64,000 bases of DNA from contig JBIKWB010000024.1 of assembly GCA_044356555.1 (NCBI GenBank), positions 8,504-72,503 of the forward strand. Direction: 5' to 3'. Of this stretch, positions 51,742 to 61,394 are shown piece after piece. Below the pieces are notes generated by a model. The model did not search any database, had not been told where the DNA came from, and saw only the letters and a program-made list of their open reading frames with translations. Positions within the stretch are counted from its first letter, which is position 1. Each line of letters begins with the position of its first letter. Position numbers and translations under genes: made by a program. This stretch comes from Opitutaceae bacterium (lineage in GTDB: Bacteria > Verrucomicrobiota > Verrucomicrobiia > Opitutales > Opitutaceae).

Positions 51742-53010
51742 ATGCCTCCGGACCTCAAATCTCGTCGTGACCGCCTTGCGAAAGCGCTGCCCCTCGGGGA
51801 TGCCATCCTTGTGGTCGGTTCCGGCCAACCCTTTCCTCTGCCTGAGAACAGCGACCAGACCTACCCGTTCTTCAGTCACGCCGAATACACCTACCTCACT
51901 GACGACGACTGCATCGACGGCGTTATTGCTTACGATCCCCGCGACGGCGAATGGCTTTCCTTTGTCCCCGCCGTCACCGAGGGCGAACGCGTTTGGGAGG
52001 GGACCACGCAGCGATCCGGCCGCCCTCTCACCGAGTTTTCTCCCTGGCTCGCCGCCCGCAGCGGCCGCCCCATCGCCAACTTGGGCGCCCTCCGGCCAGA
52101 CATTCCTGCCGACGTCCCGCTCATCTCCCATATCCGCGACGCCTTCCGCCACGCCCGTCGTCCTAAGGACGCCGAAGAAGTTACCATGCTGCGCGCTGCG
52201 GCCGCCGCCACTGCCGCCGGCTATGCCGCGATTCCAGCACTCCTCCGCCCCGGTATCACCGAGCGCGCGCTGCAAATCGAACTCGAAGCCGGCTTCTTCC
52301 GCGCCGGCGCCACGCGCACCGGCTACAACACCATCGTCGGCACGGGGCCCAACTCCGCCATCCTGCATTTCTCCCCCACGGCTCGCGCCGCCCAGACCGG
52401 CGAGTTTGTCTTGATCGACGCCGGAGCGGCCATCGGTCGTTACACCGCCGATGTCACGCGCACCTATGTTGTCGGGACACCGAGCCCGTTTCAACGCGAC
52501 CTCTACCAAGTCGTGCTCGCCGCGGAAGAGCGCGCCATCGCCCGCTGCGTGCCCGGCGCCGAGTGGACCGACATCCACCTCGCCTGCGCCGTCGATCTCG
52601 TCGCCGGCCTCGTGGCGATGAACGTCATGCACGGCCACCCCGAGTCACTTGTCGAAGCGGAAGCGCACACGCTTTTCTTCCCCCACGGTCTCGGCCACAT
52701 GGTCGGACTCGGTGTGCGCGACGCCAGCGGCCTCTTGCCCGGCCGCACCAAAAATCCCCGACCCTGCCTGCGCACGCTCCGCATGGATCTCCCGCTCGCG
52801 GCCGGCTACGTGGTCACCATAGAGCCTGGGCTCTATTTCATCCCGCCGCTTCTCCAAGATCCGGCCCGCCGCGAAAAACACCGCGACGCCGTCAATTGGC
52901 CCTTCGTCGATCAGCATCTCCACCTTGGCGGCGTCCGCATCGAGGACAACATCCTCATCACCGCCGACGGCCCGGAAAACCTGACCGCCGCGATTCCAAA
53001 AACACTTTAG
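51742..53010 (+). CDS. pepP: Xaa-Pro aminopeptidase (M24B)
   Basis: N-terminal AMP_N-like region: QTYPFFSHAEYTYLT. Catalytic region: FVLIDAGAAIGRYTADVTRTY...HGLGHMVGLGVRD...VVTIEPGLY...GGVRIEDNILIT. Confidence 0.85.
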   Translation: MPPDLKSRRDRLAKALPLGDAILVVGSGQPFPLPENSDQTYPFFSHAEYTYLTDDDCIDGVIAYDPRDGEWLSFVPAVTEGERVWEGTTQRSGRPLTEFSPWLAARSGRPIANLGALRPDIPADVPLISHIRDAFRHARRPKDAEEVTMLRAAAAATAAGYAAIPALLRPGITERALQIELEAGFFRAGATRTGYNTIVGTGPNSAILHFSPTARAAQTGEFVLIDAGAAIGRYTADVTRTYVVGTPSPFQRDLYQVVLAAEERAIARCVPGAEWTDIHLACAVDLVAGLVAMNVMHGHPESLVEAEAHTLFFPHGLGHMVGLGVRDASGLLPGRTKNPRPCLRTLRMDLPLAAGYVVTIEPGLYFIPPLLQDPARREKHRDAVNWPFVDQHLHLGGVRIEDNILITADGPENLTAAIPKTL

Positions 53011-55457
53011 CGGCCGATGCGAAACACGCGCCGCATCCCCCCGGTCACGATCGCCAGCGTCGCCAACGAGTTTACCGGCATTAAAATCGCAGCGACGAGC
53101 GGGTTCATTTTTCCCGCCACCGCCAAACCGACCGCGAGCAGATTGTAGACGACCGAGAACACCAAAATAACCCGCTGCGTCCTGCGGCGCACGCCATCTA
53201 CTTCAAACAGCTCGCGGATCCCGCTGATCCCGCGCCCGAGGTAGTAGAAATCGGCTTTCTGTTCGAGCAGGCCACGATGGATCACCGGCGTGCCCCGACA
53301 CAGCGCCCGGTCAAACGCGAGGCTGTCATTGGCCCCGTCCCCCAACATAAGCGCTGCCTCAGCCCGCGCATACGTAAACCACGCCGCCTTTTCCTGCGGT
53401 GACAGTTCACCGATTCCGCACTCCGCCGCCAGGCCGAGTTCGGCCGCCAAAGCCGTTACCTTCTCCTGCCGGTCCCCGCTCAAAATCTGCACCCGCAACC
53501 CTCTCCGCCTCAGCGCCGCGACCTCGGTCCTCGCATCCGCCCGCACCGTATCCGCAAACTCAAACTCCGCCACGCTCATCCCCGCACGCGCCAACACCGT
53601 CGCACCGACCTCGGCCGGTTTGTCACCTAATCGATGATTAACCTCAGCTTGGCGTCGGGTGCGCCAGCCCGCGCGGCCCAGCGACCACTCGCCCATCTCG
53701 ACGCCGCTCCCGACCGTTTCCCGCACTTCCCCGGAGAGCGGCTCGGGCGTGCCTTCGGCCAACACACTTTCCAGCAGCGCTTGGCTTAGCGGGTGCGGGT
53801 TGTCCCGCAGGAGCGCGTGCAACGCCGCCCTCGCCTCGGGCTCAAGTCCGCGCACCGCCTCCGGATTCTTCAGCACCGGCGTCTCCACCGTAAGCGTCCC
53901 CGTCTTGTCGAAAACGAGGTGCCGCACCCGAGCGAGTTTCGTCCAAAGTCCACCATCCCGCACAAACACCCCGCGTCGACGCAACGCCACCGTGGCCATC
54001 TCGTCGGCTAGGGGAAATGCCAGGGCCACCGCGCACGGACACGACACCACGAGCACCGCCGTGACCACCGCCCACGTGCGCAAGGCGTCCCCGGTGCCCA
54101 ACCACCACCCCACCCCGGCCAGCGTCGCGACCAGTAAAATCCCGACGATGTAGCCTCGCACAATCCGCTCAATCAAACCGTCCCGCGCGCCGGCCCGTTC
54201 CGGCGTGGCCAACAACTGCGCGAGCAAGGACTCGCTCCATTCCTGCCGCGCCGTCAGCCGCGCGGGGCCGCGACCGACGTTGATCGAGCCAGCCGGCACG
54301 CGCGACCCGCCCTGAAAAACCCGGGGCTCCGCCTCCCCGTTGATCGATGCGAGCGAAAACGTCGCGGCCTCGACACCAAGTTGAGCCTCCACCGGATTGG
54401 TCTGGCCGGTGGCGAGCGCATAGACCTGCCCCTTGCGCAGCGCCTCGGGCGCGACTTCGCCCGCGTCCTCGGTCAACACACGCGGCGGCTTCGGCTGGAG
54501 CGCGAGCAGCCTACGTTGGTTCCGTTCCACCGCCGCGACCTGCGCCCAACGTCCGATGAGCATCAGCAAAATGAACCCGCTCACGAAATCGAAATACACG
54601 AAACGCTCCTCGCCCGCCAGCCACCCGAACAACGAACCCGCATACGCACCCACAATGCCCAGTCCGATTGGCAAATCGATCTGCATCGCCCCCATCCGCA
54701 GTGCCCGCACCGCGCGCACGATAAAATACACTCCGCCGACCAATAGGCTCAGCGTGCCAAACGCCAGCGAGAGCAGACCAAAAAGCCGCGCATACTCAAA
54801 GTCCGCCCCCATCCCAAAATAAACCGGCAAGGTGAAGAGCATCACGTTCATCGAGAACGCCGCGCACAGCCCGATTCGCTTCACGAGCGCTCTGCTCTCC
54901 AACTCGCCCCGAGCCTCGCCCAAAGGACCGACCAAATAACCGAAAGCCTGCAACGCCCGCGCGAATCCCGCCGCACTGAACTTCCCCCGCACCCAACGAA
55001 GCCGAATGGTCCCGCGTTGGGCGTTGGCCACGATTTCCCGAGCACCCGCCTGCTGCTGGAAGAGCCGCTCGATCAGCCAAACGCAGCCCGCACACGACAC
55101 CCCTTGCAGATCCAACATCAACTCCGGCGGCCGGTCCGGAGCCGCGGTCGTCTCGGCGATTTTTTGGGCCGTCTCCAACCATGCGTAATCGCGCGGTTGA
55201 AACACCGCCCCGTCTGCCGGCGAGGTTACCTCATCTTTGATCCGATAATAACCTGCGAGCCCGTGCTCGTGCACGAGGCGGAAAACATACGAACAGCCCG
55301 CGCAGCAAAACCCCGACTCTTGCACCTGCGCATCAAACAAAGGCGCGCCACAGTGCCGACAGACGGGTTTCAACGTGGAGCCCGTTTTCCCCAACAGGCT
55401 GGCCGAATCCCCGATCACAGGCGGCCTCTCCCTGCTAGCCTCGATCGCCGGGCTCAT
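53007..55457 (-). CDS. ccoI: Heavy-metal (copper) translocating P-type ATPase of the cbb3 maturation type (CcoI/FixI)
   Basis: N-terminal CRHCGAPL...FCCAGCSYVF metal-binding domain. CPC motif (SCPCAVALA), DKTGTLT, GDGANDS. It is last in the cbb3 cluster. ATG at 55457 is preferred, 1 nt after the upstream stop. Confidence 0.85.
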   Translation of the reverse strand: MSPAIEASRERPPVIGDSASLLGKTGSTLKPVCRHCGAPLFDAQVQESGFCCAGCSYVFRLVHEHGLAGYYRIKDEVTSPADGAVFQPRDYAWLETAQKIAETTAAPDRPPELMLDLQGVSCAGCVWLIERLFQQQAGAREIVANAQRGTIRLRWVRGKFSAAGFARALQAFGYLVGPLGEARGELESRALVKRIGLCAAFSMNVMLFTLPVYFGMGADFEYARLFGLLSLAFGTLSLLVGGVYFIVRAVRALRMGAMQIDLPIGLGIVGAYAGSLFGWLAGEERFVYFDFVSGFILLMLIGRWAQVAAVERNQRRLLALQPKPPRVLTEDAGEVAPEALRKGQVYALATGQTNPVEAQLGVEAATFSLASINGEAEPRVFQGGSRVPAGSINVGRGPARLTARQEWSESLLAQLLATPERAGARDGLIERIVRGYIVGILLVATLAGVGWWLGTGDALRTWAVVTAVLVVSCPCAVALAFPLADEMATVALRRRGVFVRDGGLWTKLARVRHLVFDKTGTLTVETPVLKNPEAVRGLEPEARAALHALLRDNPHPLSQALLESVLAEGTPEPLSGEVRETVGSGVEMGEWSLGRAGWRTRRQAEVNHRLGDKPAEVGATVLARAGMSVAEFEFADTVRADARTEVAALRRRGLRVQILSGDRQEKVTALAAELGLAAECGIGELSPQEKAAWFTYARAEAALMLGDGANDSLAFDRALCRGTPVIHRGLLEQKADFYYLGRGISGIRELFEVDGVRRRTQRVILVFSVVYNLLAVGLAVAGKMNPLVAAILMPVNSLATLAIVTGGMRRVFRIGR

Positions 55458-55458
55458 C

Positions 55459-56154
55459 TTAAAAACAGATGAACGAAGCCGGATCGGGGCCTTCAAAACC
55501 CAACGTGCTGCGCAAGCGCCACCCCACCACCGCCGCCGTCGTCAGGGCCAACGCCACCCGCGTGCGCACCAACCAAAGCGGCGACAGCTTCGTCCGCACC
55601 CATTGAAACTGTGACTGCGCCAACCAAAGCAGCGGCACGGTGCCGAGCCCGAACGCCAACATGAACTCCACGCCGCGTAACGCCGATCCCGACAGCGTCG
55701 CCAGTGCGATGAGAAAATACAGCGGACCGCACGGAAGCAGCGGCGTCGCAAAACCGAGCGCGGCCGCCGCCTGCGTCCGGGGTCGTCCCCGCAGCCAGCT
55801 TTGCAGCCGGAACGTGAACCGTCCGAAGTAGGCCCATTTCGGGATGTAGCGTTCCCATTTCAAGGCGAGCGCCACGAAGAAAATCACCGTCACCCACGGC
55901 AGCCAACGCAGCGCGGATTGCGAAATCCACGTGAGCGGCAGACTGCCCAATCCGCCCGCCAATGCGCCTAACGCCACATAGCTCGCCAGCCGCGAGCTGT
56001 GGTAAACCGTGCTCACCGTCTGCGCATCCGCGCGGTCGCCGCGCACTGGCATGAGCGAACATGCGAGTGGACCGCACATCCCCGCGCAATGCAGACTCGT
56101 GACGAGTCCGGCTACGAAGGCCGCGGACGGCGAGTTGACGGCGGCGAATTCCAT
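55459..56154 (-). CDS. TauE/SafE-DsbD-like membrane protein associated with cbb3 clusters (COG2836-type)
   Basis: 231 aa with 6 TM helices. It has the SLHCAGMCGPLA motif and a second LLPCGPLY motif. Confidence 0.7.
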   Translation of the reverse strand: MEFAAVNSPSAAFVAGLVTSLHCAGMCGPLACSLMPVRGDRADAQTVSTVYHSSRLASYVALGALAGGLGSLPLTWISQSALRWLPWVTVIFFVALALKWERYIPKWAYFGRFTFRLQSWLRGRPRTQAAAALGFATPLLPCGPLYFLIALATLSGSALRGVEFMLAFGLGTVPLLWLAQSQFQWVRTKLSPLWLVRTRVALALTTAAVVGWRLRSTLGFEGPDPASFICF

Positions 56155-56157
56155 GGC

Positions 56158-56316
56158 CTAGCGGCCCGTCGCGAGCGGCACTTCCGCCACGCGATGCTTG
56201 GACGCAAACGTGATCCACGCCGCCCAGACCGCGATCTGGACGACGAACGCGGCGACGACGATCCAGATGAGTGGTATCCGTTTGGCGGCGCGCTCAGTGC
56301 TTTTTGCCGTGCTCAT
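56158..56316 (-). CDS. Hypothetical single-TM mini-protein (52 aa) in the position usually held by FixH/CcoH
   Basis: MSTAKSTERAAKRIPLIWIVVAAFVVQIAVWAAWITFASKHRVAEVPLATGR. The start overlaps the ccoG 3' end by 23 nt, and the stop is 1 nt before the next gene. Confidence 0.4.
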   Translation of the reverse strand: MSTAKSTERAAKRIPLIWIVVAAFVVQIAVWAAWITFASKHRVAEVPLATGR

Positions 56317-57742
56317 TCTTTTCCTCCTCCTTTTCGTGCCGGTGCCGGCGCTGGTTCTGGTGATCCGGCCCCAGAAATTCGACGTCCCGTTCAAGGTGGA
56401 AATGTCCGCCGACGTCCTCGATCCGGATCTCTAAGCCGAAGGCCCCTTTGTAGTCGCGCCGGGGCAACTGCAAAACCAGCGGTTGCACGATCTCGCCTAG
56501 CGCCGGCACTTCAACCACCGAGGTCAGCCCGTTCTGCACGAGCGACGCCGGAGCCCGGTTTACGCTGACGAGGTAGCGTTGCGTCTGGTTGCGCTTGTTG
56601 ACTACGCGCACGAGAAATTGGTTACGCACGTAACCCTCCGTCACAAAATACGGCGTGCCGATGATTCGCGTCACGGCGAGGTTCGCCGGCCGGATCGTTG
56701 AGATCGCCCAGAGGGCCACGCTCGCGCCGACCACGAGCAAGAAACCGTAGAGCGCGACCCGAGGCCGGAACCAACGGGTCTTTCTTCCCGCGAACCCGTT
56801 TTGAGAATCATAGCGGATCAAGCCCGTGGGCCGGTTGATCTTCGTCATCACATCGTCGCAGGCGTCGATACAGGCGGTGCAGCCAACGCACTCCATTTGC
56901 AGGCCCTGCTTGATGTCGATACCCGTCGGGCAAACCTGCACACAACGACTGCAGGCGATGCAGTCGCCCGCACCGAAGGTTCCCGTCTTGCCGCGCGGTT
57001 CACCCCGTTTCACGTCATAGCCCACCACCAGCGAGTTGTCGTCGATCAGCGCCGACTGAATTCGGCCGTAGGGGCAGACCACGATGCAAAGTTGCTCACG
57101 AAACCAGGCAAAATTGAAATAGAGCGCGCTGGTGGCGACCGCGATAAACCCGAAGGCGCCCCAATGCTCCGTGGGGGCCGCGCGCACCATCGCCCACACC
57201 TCGGGCAGGGAAACAAAGTAGGCGAGCAACAGATGCGTGATGACCGCGGAGACGATTATATAAAGCGTGTGCTTGAGTCCGACTTTGAAAAACTTTCCGG
57301 CCGAGAGCGGTGCGGCGGCGAGCGCCCGGCGCTTCAATGCATCGCCTTCGATCAGGCGCTCAATCCGTCGATAAACGTGATCGAGAAACACCGTGTGCGG
57401 GCAGGCCCAGCCGCACCAGACGCGCCCCAATAACGCCGTCACAAAAAAGAGCGAGAAGCCCAGCCCGGTGATGACGAAGAACATCAGCCACAGGTCTTGG
57501 GCTGCCCCCGTGATACCGAAGAGATGAAACCTCCGCTCCGCCACATCGAGAAACACGGCCGGGTAACCGTTGATCGTAATCCAAGGCAGCGAGAGATAAA
57601 ACGCGATCAGCGCAAACGCGGACCAACGCCGCGCCTGCGTGAACCGTCCCTTTGTGTCCGAAGGATAGAGAAACGGCCGCGACCCGTCATCACGAATGGT
57701 CGTGACGGCATCGAGGTTCGGGCGGAGCGGAGGCGTGGCCAC
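56294..57742 (-). CDS. ccoG: Cytochrome c oxidase accessory protein CcoG/FixG (polyferredoxin)
   Basis: WCGWACP, CPYGRIQSAL, CIACSRCVQVCPTGIDI and CVGCTACIDACD Fe-S motifs, plus a C-terminal IPT-like domain. Confidence 0.9.
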   Translation of the reverse strand: MATPPLRPNLDAVTTIRDDGSRPFLYPSDTKGRFTQARRWSAFALIAFYLSLPWITINGYPAVFLDVAERRFHLFGITGAAQDLWLMFFVITGLGFSLFFVTALLGRVWCGWACPHTVFLDHVYRRIERLIEGDALKRRALAAAPLSAGKFFKVGLKHTLYIIVSAVITHLLLAYFVSLPEVWAMVRAAPTEHWGAFGFIAVATSALYFNFAWFREQLCIVVCPYGRIQSALIDDNSLVVGYDVKRGEPRGKTGTFGAGDCIACSRCVQVCPTGIDIKQGLQMECVGCTACIDACDDVMTKINRPTGLIRYDSQNGFAGRKTRWFRPRVALYGFLLVVGASVALWAISTIRPANLAVTRIIGTPYFVTEGYVRNQFLVRVVNKRNQTQRYLVSVNRAPASLVQNGLTSVVEVPALGEIVQPLVLQLPRRDYKGAFGLEIRIEDVGGHFHLERDVEFLGPDHQNQRRHRHEKEEEKNEHGKKH

Positions 57743-57745
57743 AAG

Positions 57746-58318
57746 TTACTTCGGCAAGATCGGTGTCCAAGCAGCCTGGACCTCGATGGGTTCACCCTCG
57801 GTGTGGTGGCTGAGAATGAAGGCGACGACTTCGGCCGATTTCTTCGCGCCGATCACCGGCACCCATGCCGGCATGCCTTTGGCGAGCACGCCCTTCTCCA
57901 GCGTGGCGTAGAGATCGGTCGGGTTACCGCCGTGAATCCAAAGCTTGTCGACGAGGTTGGGGCCGATGCCGCCCTGCAGCTTATCGCCGTGGCAGCTCCC
58001 ACAGGTTGTCGCGTAGGTCGCGCGTCCGGCATCCACAAAAACGTGATTATGGCTCATGGCCCAAAGGCTCGTATTGTCCGTAGTCGGAGCGGCGGCGAGG
58101 CGGGCGGCCTCGATGTGTTCCATTTCCCGCGCCACCGCTTGCGAACCCGACAGCCCGACGCGAAACCACTCGAAATAGGCCCAGTAGCCCACCCAGAAGA
58201 GAATGCTGCCGAAGAGCAGCACCATCCACCAGTTCGGCAGGCGACGGTCGAATTCTTGAATACCATCAAACGAGTGATGGCGGAGACCTTGATCTTCAGG
58301 CGGCGGGATCGGAGTCAT
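57746..58318 (-). CDS. ccoP: cbb3-type cytochrome c oxidase subunit III-like protein, mono-heme (FixP_N domain + one CxxCH)
   Basis: HSFDGIQEFDRRLPNWWMVLLFGSILFWVGYW (CcoP N-terminal domain), with a single heme site CGSCHG and a distal Met in KGMPAW. Confidence 0.8.
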   Translation of the reverse strand: MTPIPPPEDQGLRHHSFDGIQEFDRRLPNWWMVLLFGSILFWVGYWAYFEWFRVGLSGSQAVAREMEHIEAARLAAAPTTDNTSLWAMSHNHVFVDAGRATYATTCGSCHGDKLQGGIGPNLVDKLWIHGGNPTDLYATLEKGVLAKGMPAWVPVIGAKKSAEVVAFILSHHTEGEPIEVQAAWTPILPK

Positions 58319-58490
58319 GACGGGCGGCGGGGGTGGGAGTGGAAAAAGGAAGCTGTTCCGAGTGGGCCAACTGCGGGCGCTTCATCCGCAGGGCACGCCA
58401 CGTGATACTGACGAAGATCGAAACGGCGGTGATGAACGCCACCAACGTAAAGAGGGCAGCGGAGTCTTCGAAGACGAGGCGACGGAACAT
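58296..58490 (-). CDS. ccoQ: CcoQ/FixQ-like small membrane subunit
   Basis: 64 aa with one TM (AALFTLVAFITAVSIFVSITW), located between ccoNO and ccoP. Confidence 0.5.
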   Translation of the reverse strand: MFRRLVFEDSAALFTLVAFITAVSIFVSITWRALRMKRPQLAHSEQLPFSTPTPAARHDSDPAA

Positions 58491-58523
58491 GGTATTTTTT
58501 TTCGATGCCAGTTGTGGGACTAT

Positions 58524-60839
58524 TCAGCGGGCGGCGGCTTTTGCCGGCGCGACGGTTTCAAACTTCCCGAGCTTTTGAAGGTAAGCGATGAGCGCGATGA
58601 TCTCACGGTCCGGCGCGACCGACGTCCCGGCGGCACGCAGGTCGTCCGCGATGGCTTTGGCCTGCGCGTCCACGTTCGCAAAAACCTCGGCGGGGCTCCA
58701 CGCCGGATACGGGACGCCCAGCATCCGTTGCACCGAGATTTTGCCCGGAAGCGCGCCGGTGTCGGTGGCTTTCGTCAGCAACCACGGGTAATTCGGCATG
58801 GTCGATCCGGCCGAAACGGAGCGGGGATTCTCCATGTGCCGATAGTGCCAGATATTCGGATACTTCGAGCCGACCCGGGCTAGGTCGGGGCCGGTGCGCT
58901 TCGAACCCCATTGAAACGGATAGTCGTAGATTGATTCGCCCAGCCGAGAGTAGTCGCCGTAGCGGAGCACATCGGGCACGAGCGTCCGGATCATCTGCGA
59001 GTGGCAGTTGTAGCACCCCTCGCTCACGAAGATATCGCGGCCCGCCAGTTCCAACGGCGTGTAAGGAACCTGTCGCCGGTCCTCGACGTTGGCCGCCCGG
59101 TGCATGAGCACGGTCGGGATAATCTGCACGAGACCGCCGGCTGCGACCGAGATGACAACTAGGATCGTAAAGGGTGCGGAGTTGACCAACAGACGATCCC
59201 ACCACGAGGCCCACTTTTTGCCCCGCGATTCGAAGTGCGCGTAGGCGGCGACCACGCAGAGCATGAGACTCACGAGGCCCGCGATGCTGAGGAAGTCGTT
59301 GCCAAACATCCAGGCGCAGGCGAAACCGACGCCGAGCACCGAGAAGGCAACCGGCGGGCTGAGGAAAGTGCCGACGAGCGACAGCTTTTCATCGGCGGTG
59401 ATGTTACCCGCATCGTCGAAGACTTCGATGGTGCCGTTGACGGCCTGCGCACCGGCGACGGTTTTCCAGAGATTGTAGATAAGCAGGAACCAGCCGACCA
59501 AATAGAGGCCGCCGCCGATGAGTCGCATCATCATCATCGGCCGGATCGTGGTCACGGTCTCGAGGAAATTTGAGTAGGCGAGGACAGTGCCGCCTTCGGT
59601 CGTGGCGTTGAGCATCACGCCCTGGGTGATGCCGCTCGTCCACATCGCCGCCGTATAAAGCAGAATGCCGACGGTCCCGAGCCAGAAGTGCAGATTGGCG
59701 AGCGGAACGGAGTGCAACGGCTTGTTCCAAAGACGCGGCAGCAACCAGTAGATCATACCGGCGGCCATAAAGCCGTTCCAGCCGAGCGTGCCACTGTGCA
59801 CATGGCCGATGATCCAGTCCGTATAATGCCCAAGCGCGCTGACGGCTTTGATCGAAAGCAACGGCCCTTCGAACGTGGACATACCGTAAAACGTGACGGC
59901 GACCGCGAAGAACTTGAGCACCGGCTCCGTGCGCAATTTGTCCCACGCGCCGCGGATCGTGAGGAGGCCGTTCAACATGCCGGCCCAAGACGGTGCCCAG
60001 AGCATCAGCGAAAACGTCATGCCAAGAGTTTGGAGCCAATCGGGCAGCGCGGTGTTGAGCAGATGGTGCGGGCCGGCCCAGATGTAGACAAACACCAGCG
60101 ACCAAAAATGAATCACGGAGAGCCGGTAGGAATACACCGGACGTTCGGCCGCTTTCGGCACGAAGTAATACATGATGCCCAAAATCGGCGTGGTCAAAAA
60201 GAAGGCCACGGCGTTGTGCCCATACCACCATTGCACCAGCGCGTCCTGCACACCGCCGAAGACCGGGTAACTGTGGAGAAGACTCGTCGGGATCGAGAGG
60301 TGATTGACGATGTAGAGCATCGCCACGGTGATGATCGTCGCGATGTAGAACCAGATCCCGACGTAAAGCGTGGGCTCACGACGACGCGCCAACGTCCAAA
60401 AAAAGTTCACCGCGAAAACCACCCAGATCAGCGTGACCGCAATATTGATTGGCCAGATCAGCTCGGCGTATTCCTTGCCGCGGGAAAATCCGAGCGGAAG
60501 CGTGATGGCGGCCGCGACGATAATCGCCTGCCAGCCCCAAAAATGGAGCTGGGAAAGAAAATCGCTTGCGAGCCGCGCCTTCACCAGGCGCTGCGTCGAA
60601 TAGTAGACGCCGGCGAACATCATATTGCCCACAAAGGCAAAGATCACGGCGTTGGTGTGCAGCGGGCGCAGACGACCGAAGGTCAGCCACGGCAGGTCAA
60701 AATTCAGCTGCCAGTAACGGAGTTGTGCAGCGATGATCACTCCGACCAACATGCCCACCGCACCCCAGATGACGGAGGCGAGCAGGAACTGTCGGACGAT
60801 CTTGTCGTTGAATTCGATGGTTATTTTTTTGTCGGACAT
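58524..60839 (-). CDS. ccoN: Fused cbb3-type cytochrome c oxidase subunits I and II (CcoNO)
   Basis: N-terminus: RLRPLHTNAVIFAFVGNMMFAGVYY, and HVHSGTLGWNGFM (CcoN heme/Cu ligands). C-terminus: FVSEGCYNCHSQMIR...WGSKRTGPDLARVG...WHYRHMENPRSV...STMPNYPWL (CcoO). Confidence 0.9.
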   Translation of the reverse strand: MSDKKITIEFNDKIVRQFLLASVIWGAVGMLVGVIIAAQLRYWQLNFDLPWLTFGRLRPLHTNAVIFAFVGNMMFAGVYYSTQRLVKARLASDFLSQLHFWGWQAIIVAAAITLPLGFSRGKEYAELIWPINIAVTLIWVVFAVNFFWTLARRREPTLYVGIWFYIATIITVAMLYIVNHLSIPTSLLHSYPVFGGVQDALVQWWYGHNAVAFFLTTPILGIMYYFVPKAAERPVYSYRLSVIHFWSLVFVYIWAGPHHLLNTALPDWLQTLGMTFSLMLWAPSWAGMLNGLLTIRGAWDKLRTEPVLKFFAVAVTFYGMSTFEGPLLSIKAVSALGHYTDWIIGHVHSGTLGWNGFMAAGMIYWLLPRLWNKPLHSVPLANLHFWLGTVGILLYTAAMWTSGITQGVMLNATTEGGTVLAYSNFLETVTTIRPMMMMRLIGGGLYLVGWFLLIYNLWKTVAGAQAVNGTIEVFDDAGNITADEKLSLVGTFLSPPVAFSVLGVGFACAWMFGNDFLSIAGLVSLMLCVVAAYAHFESRGKKWASWWDRLLVNSAPFTILVVISVAAGGLVQIIPTVLMHRAANVEDRRQVPYTPLELAGRDIFVSEGCYNCHSQMIRTLVPDVLRYGDYSRLGESIYDYPFQWGSKRTGPDLARVGSKYPNIWHYRHMENPRSVSAGSTMPNYPWLLTKATDTGALPGKISVQRMLGVPYPAWSPAEVFANVDAQAKAIADDLRAAGTSVAPDREIIALIAYLQKLGKFETVAPAKAAAR

Positions 60840-60865
60840 GGGGACGGTCAGGCTGGAAGGAAGAA

Positions 60866-61162
60866 TTAAGCGGAGCGGTCAGTCGTGCCCTTGGAGCAAC
60901 TGGCACAGTGCGGACGCAGAACGTTGCGGCAGCCGCAGCCATCATGATTCGGCCCATCGGCATGAATGCGGTCGGACTCCATCGACGCCGGCGCGTGGGT
61001 CGCCGTTGGGCGGGCCAACCGGGGAAGCTCGTCGCCGAGCGGCAAGAGCGAATCCCGCTCCGCCCCGCCGACGTTGCCCCGGGCGTGTTCGCGCAGGAAG
61101 AAAACGACGAAAACCAAGACCAGCAGTAGACTGAGTGTCAGGGTAAGAGGCACGACGGACAT
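60866..61162 (-). CDS. ccoS: CcoS/FixS-like cbb3 maturation protein with a Cys/His-rich C-terminal extension
   Basis: MSVVPLTLTLSLLLVLVFVVFFLREHARGN resembles the CcoS TM start. The extra tail reads ...HAPASMESDRIHADGPNHDGCGCRNVLRPHCASCSKG. Confidence 0.55.
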   Translation of the reverse strand: MSVVPLTLTLSLLLVLVFVVFFLREHARGNVGGAERDSLLPLGDELPRLARPTATHAPASMESDRIHADGPNHDGCGCRNVLRPHCASCSKGTTDRSA

Positions 61163-61187
61163 AACCGATTGCGGGAAGGTTCGGTAT

Positions 61188-61394
61188 TCAGCTTCGCGTG
61201 ATCCGGCTTTTCTTTGCTGAAGCCGATTTCGCTGCCGGAGCGCGGCCGCTGTGGTGTCGGAGCAATTCCCGCGCGGCCAGCCAGTCGTCGAGCTCCCGAT
61301 CCGGACGGCAGCCGCCCTCCAGCCAGAGAAGATACGCTTGGTGTTGGATTTCGGCTTCCGTCGGTTCGTGCAACTTAGATGGGTTTGTACTCAT
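61188..61394 (-). CDS. DUF2934 domain protein
   Basis: EAEIQHQAYLLWLEGGCRPDRELDDWLAARELL matches the I..RAY..W...G.P.G....W..AE pattern of DUF2934. Confidence 0.65.
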   Translation of the reverse strand: MSTNPSKLHEPTEAEIQHQAYLLWLEGGCRPDRELDDWLAARELLRHHSGRAPAAKSASAKKSRITRS

